Source: Microbotryum violaceum
Taxonomy: Eukaryota
Reading direction: 5' to 3'
Assembly (NCBI GenBank): GCA_001244265.2
Contig: CDLV01000014.1
Span: 248,001 to 312,000 of the forward strand
Length of the DNA stretch: 64,000 bases
A program made the translations under genes and the position numbers. Below, piece after piece: positions 60,586 through 64,000 of this stretch. Position 1 is the first letter of the stretch. Each line of letters starts with the position of its first letter. The notes under the pieces were generated by a model that did not search any database, was not told the origin of the DNA, and saw only the letters and a list, made by a program, of their open reading frames with translations.

Positions 60586-61624
60586 CTCGACTCTCCTGAC
60601 CACTCGCGCGAGTCGTAGCGGAATAGTGGTTCGAGTTGCAGCAAGACGAAGGACAACATTGGTGGTGTAGGAGTTGTTAAACAAATACCTCAAGCGGTGA
60701 AAACCCAGCCTTCTGGGGAAAATCGCAAGAGATTGATCTAAACGGAAGAGAGTCCGAACTTCTTGGTGATAAACAAGGATGGTAGGCGGGATGAGAATTG
60801 GGAGCTTTGCGACCCAAGCTTTTGGATGTCAGTCGGCTGCAACTGATGATGGAGCAAGTCCACTGGTCGTCTCAGCATACCTTTGCGACAAAGGCAAGAC
60901 ACTCTATAAAGACAGTTGGGGCGCGGTTGGTGCAAAGGACGGCAAAGGGTCTGCTGAGAGATATGCGATTTAGCTCGTTGCTCAACAAGGACCCGGAGCA
61001 AAATGCCCCCACAAAGAATTTGCAGGGATCCAAGTGCAAAGTACACCGTGCAACAAGCTTGGGTGTATCGAAGCACTTACCCCGAGCTACTCTAAGCGAG
61101 CCACGTCGAGGGTTTCATAACGAGCTGCTAGCAGTTGTGAACGTCCGGCAAGATGGAACTCTCGATCAGCGACCTCGTCAGCTGGGAGGTAGTCTTGGGA
61201 GTGAGGAACGCACCTGTCCCTACAGGTGGTGAACGCAGCCGCAGAAGCTGGTAAGGAAACATCGACAACGCAGTGAAGGCCCAAAAGGGAACGTGCGTTT
61301 CGAGTACCGCCCGTGAGCTCGCGTGTGGGAAGTACAGCTATAGCATCCACTGGGGGAAACGTCGACAACGCAGTGAAGGCCCAAAAGGGAACGTGCGTTG
61401 CGAGTACCGCCCGTGAGCCCGCGTGTGTGGGAAGCACAGCTATAGCATCCACGGGGGAGAGAGGGTCCGTGCGCGCGAGCCTGAATCGGCGCGTCAAATC
61501 CTTGCAGCAAAAGCCGAAAAGACCAGTAGGTCAAGTCGGAGGCGATAGCCCAGTTAATGTGGTCCAGCGCCCGATAAGGGTCGTCTCTTTGTAGACTAGC
61601 TGGAATTAAAATTCTCATTCTCAT
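60586..61624 (-). pseudogene. Intron-containing gene remnant with ~97-bp tandem duplication; partner of 50898-51287
   Basis: gtaagt and gtatgc donors with in-phase exons PFAVLCTNRAPTVFIECLAFVAK|LPILIPPTILVYHQEVR; in-frame stop; tandem units 61255-61350 and 61355-61452. Confidence 0.55.
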
Positions 61625-62039
61625 TGCTCCATGACTTTCTGTCTCCTTCTCTGCCGTTCCCTCGTATAACTAACTGTCCTCGCGGCGAGAGCAGCCACTT
61701 TACATACTACCGTTGAACAAGGGGTGCATCTAGTAAACGATGTCCCAAGTTCCAGCGAATGTAATAAATAAGCATCCGATCACCCAGCAAGTCAAAGAGA
61801 GGAAAAATAATACATACGAAGGGGAGGTTATATGTATATGAGGTGATACACAGGGAATAAAAATCAGACAATTCCCGGGAGGAAACAACAGCGGGCACAA
61901 TGGATCAAGGGGACGGAACGGTTCGAGGTACGGCAATACGATACAGGAGATGATAGGGTTTGACGACAAAAAAAGGACGAGCAGCGGAAAGTAGAGCGAG
62001 CGAATTGATGAGTGATGAACCTCAACCTCAGGAGCTCCA

Positions 62040-63778
62040 TCAGGCCAACGGACCCCCGGGAGGAGGCGGCGGTCCGGGGTATCCCCGCGTCACCCTCGGT
62101 TGGAACTCGTCGGGATCGACCAAGCCGTCCACCCCAGTCGATGATACTGCGGTCGAATACGACGTCGCCGACAGTGGATCATGCATTGACCCCCCTGTCG
62201 AGGTCCCGTACGCTTCTTGATGACTCATCGCTCCCCGAGTTGAGGATGACGGCGCGGGCCAGTTGAATGCTCGCCCGTGCCCCGATCGACTGCTCTCCGC
62301 CCCCGTCGAATTGTACGAAACGGGTGTGATCGGCGAAACGGGGGATCCACTACCCGTCCGCAGGGGCACTTGCAGAGGTGGCGGAGAAAATTGGCACGCG
62401 TTGTGCGGTGGTGAGTGCGGGTTCATTGGCTGCAAGTAAGGGTGATCGTACTCGGCGCCAGCTTGGGTCGGTCTTGATGGCGAGGTCATGTGAGTCGACG
62501 CGTCCCACTCCATTTCGTCCAATTTGCCTTCGCGCGGCGAAACAATAAAAGGACTGACGGCGGGTTTGCTGCCGTCAACATTCGTGTATTCCGGCACGTG
62601 CTGCTGAGTCTGAAACTGCTCCTCGACCTTGTTCGATCTCCGTCGCATCCACCACCACGCTAGCAGAGCAATGAGGGCCGCGCCGACAATGCCCCCCACG
62701 ACCCCTCCGACAATGGCTCCAATCGGTGGCGAGCCGCCGTCAGCACCGGTGGTCCCGCTATTGTCTGAGATCGTCTGACAGGAGTAAAAGTACAGTCCCG
62801 ATGTTATGTTGGGAGAGGCCAGCGAAAAGGCGCCCGCACCATCGAACACATAAACTGCGCGCCCACAGGTGAACGAGACGGATCAGTGTCACGTCGGGTC
62901 AGACTGGCGCGGACTATGAGAATCGACTCACGATTGAATATCTGGCCCGCAGGCACGACGTTTTGGACATAGATATCGGAGGAGTTGACATTGAGCGCTG
63001 CCGCGAGCAACCCTGATTGCCTGATGTAATCGTGAGCTTCGAGCGATCAGTCATGTTCGTTAGGCACATGCGATGGCCCAGGTAAGAGGACTGACCCTGC
63101 AATGATACCGACAGTATACGGGGCCACCCCGTTCTTAATCGAGACCTTGAACTCTTGACAGGGATTGTTGGGCGGATTGACCGTGAAACTAAGCACGGGG
63201 TTGTCCTTAGTCCGTACCGTGCAGTTTGAGAATCCGGGAACAATGGTGTCTACACGAATGAGAATCCAACAGTTGACGTTAGTCCGGGTATAGAAACAGT
63301 GGTGCCGCACGAACACCCGAGGGACGCGGGATGAAGAAACCAATCAAGTCCGCAAACGTGTCTGGCCCTGGGACGCGTGCTCTCGGCGCCCTGCTGTCGA
63401 TGTCTCCAGCTCCACGCATGCTCCGGAACGCCGAAAGAAGGGACTCACACAGCGGGTAAATGGCGCCGCCGCTCGTACCGTTGGAGTCGACCATCCCGAA
63501 CGAGAATGTTGTACCCTGCAACATGCCATGGCGAGCAACAGTAGATTTTTTTTGGTAGGTAGTTGTAGCCGGGGATGAAAGAGGTGAGAATAATCGTATG
63601 GTCAGGGGCTGTGGCGTTTGACCTTTTACGCAAATGGAGGCATCTGGATGCTCCGTTTAAGGAAAGTGCTCCCGAGGGCTCGGAGAAGAAAGAAGTGCGG
63701 GGAGAGACTCACGACTGGCAAATTAGCAGTATATGTAAAGTTGCCCCCAACATTGGAGGCCCCATACATCACCATTGG
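62040..63778 (-). CDS. Type I single-pass membrane protein; 5' exons not resolved or outside the window
   Basis: Extracellular exons with Cys, TM GAIVGGVVGGIVGAALIALLAWWWMRRR, Pro/Ser-rich cytoplasmic tail. Confidence 0.7.
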
Positions 63779-64000
63779 CTGCGGTCGTTGAGAAGCATCA
63801 CACGCGGAGTCAAAGAGATTGTTATCAGAGGATGAATGAGACAACGTGTCAGCTCGCCGTTCCTCTATTGCCCCTGCGCGACGCGCGCCGCGACCGCCAG
63901 CCGCGGAGGCCGGGGTGCCAGGCACGCGCGGCTGGATCGGACAGGCCCAGCTTTGTAGGGTGGAAGCAAGCGTCCACTGACCAGAAACTGCGAGTCAATG

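Noticed and set aside
60779..61000. RNase H or DIRS-like peptide on the plus strand
   Set aside because: Resemblance is weak; the minus-strand spliced reading explains the region better.

Overview
Intron-rich, GC-rich fungal genomic DNA; gene structure suggests a basidiomycete, probably Pucciniomycotina/Microbotryomycetes (inference). Housekeeping genes: class II aldolase FBA1, RPS27, eIF3j, mitochondrial IleRS, an SLC41/MgtE transporter, ADA3, SF3B4, RRP45, a homeobox factor, MOG1, an F-box/LRR protein, RPF2, a CLPTM1-like protein, an MFS permease and two membrane proteins. There are two accessory patches. The first (9.06-19.73 kb) is a retroelement nest inside a secreted Cys-rich gene. It holds a 5'-truncated and a full-length L1/Tx1-like LINE at one target motif, followed by two Copia 5' halves joined tail-to-tail as a ~880-bp inverted repeat. 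The most striking signal is a complete 73-nt tRNA-like cloverleaf, with perfect Pol III A/B boxes but a non-decoding anticodon loop, inside the 157-bp LTR of one Copia. The second patch (50.6-54.3 kb, with an echo at 60.6-61.6 kb) holds pseudogene fragments and a decayed LINE. Exon boundaries and alignments were read by eye.
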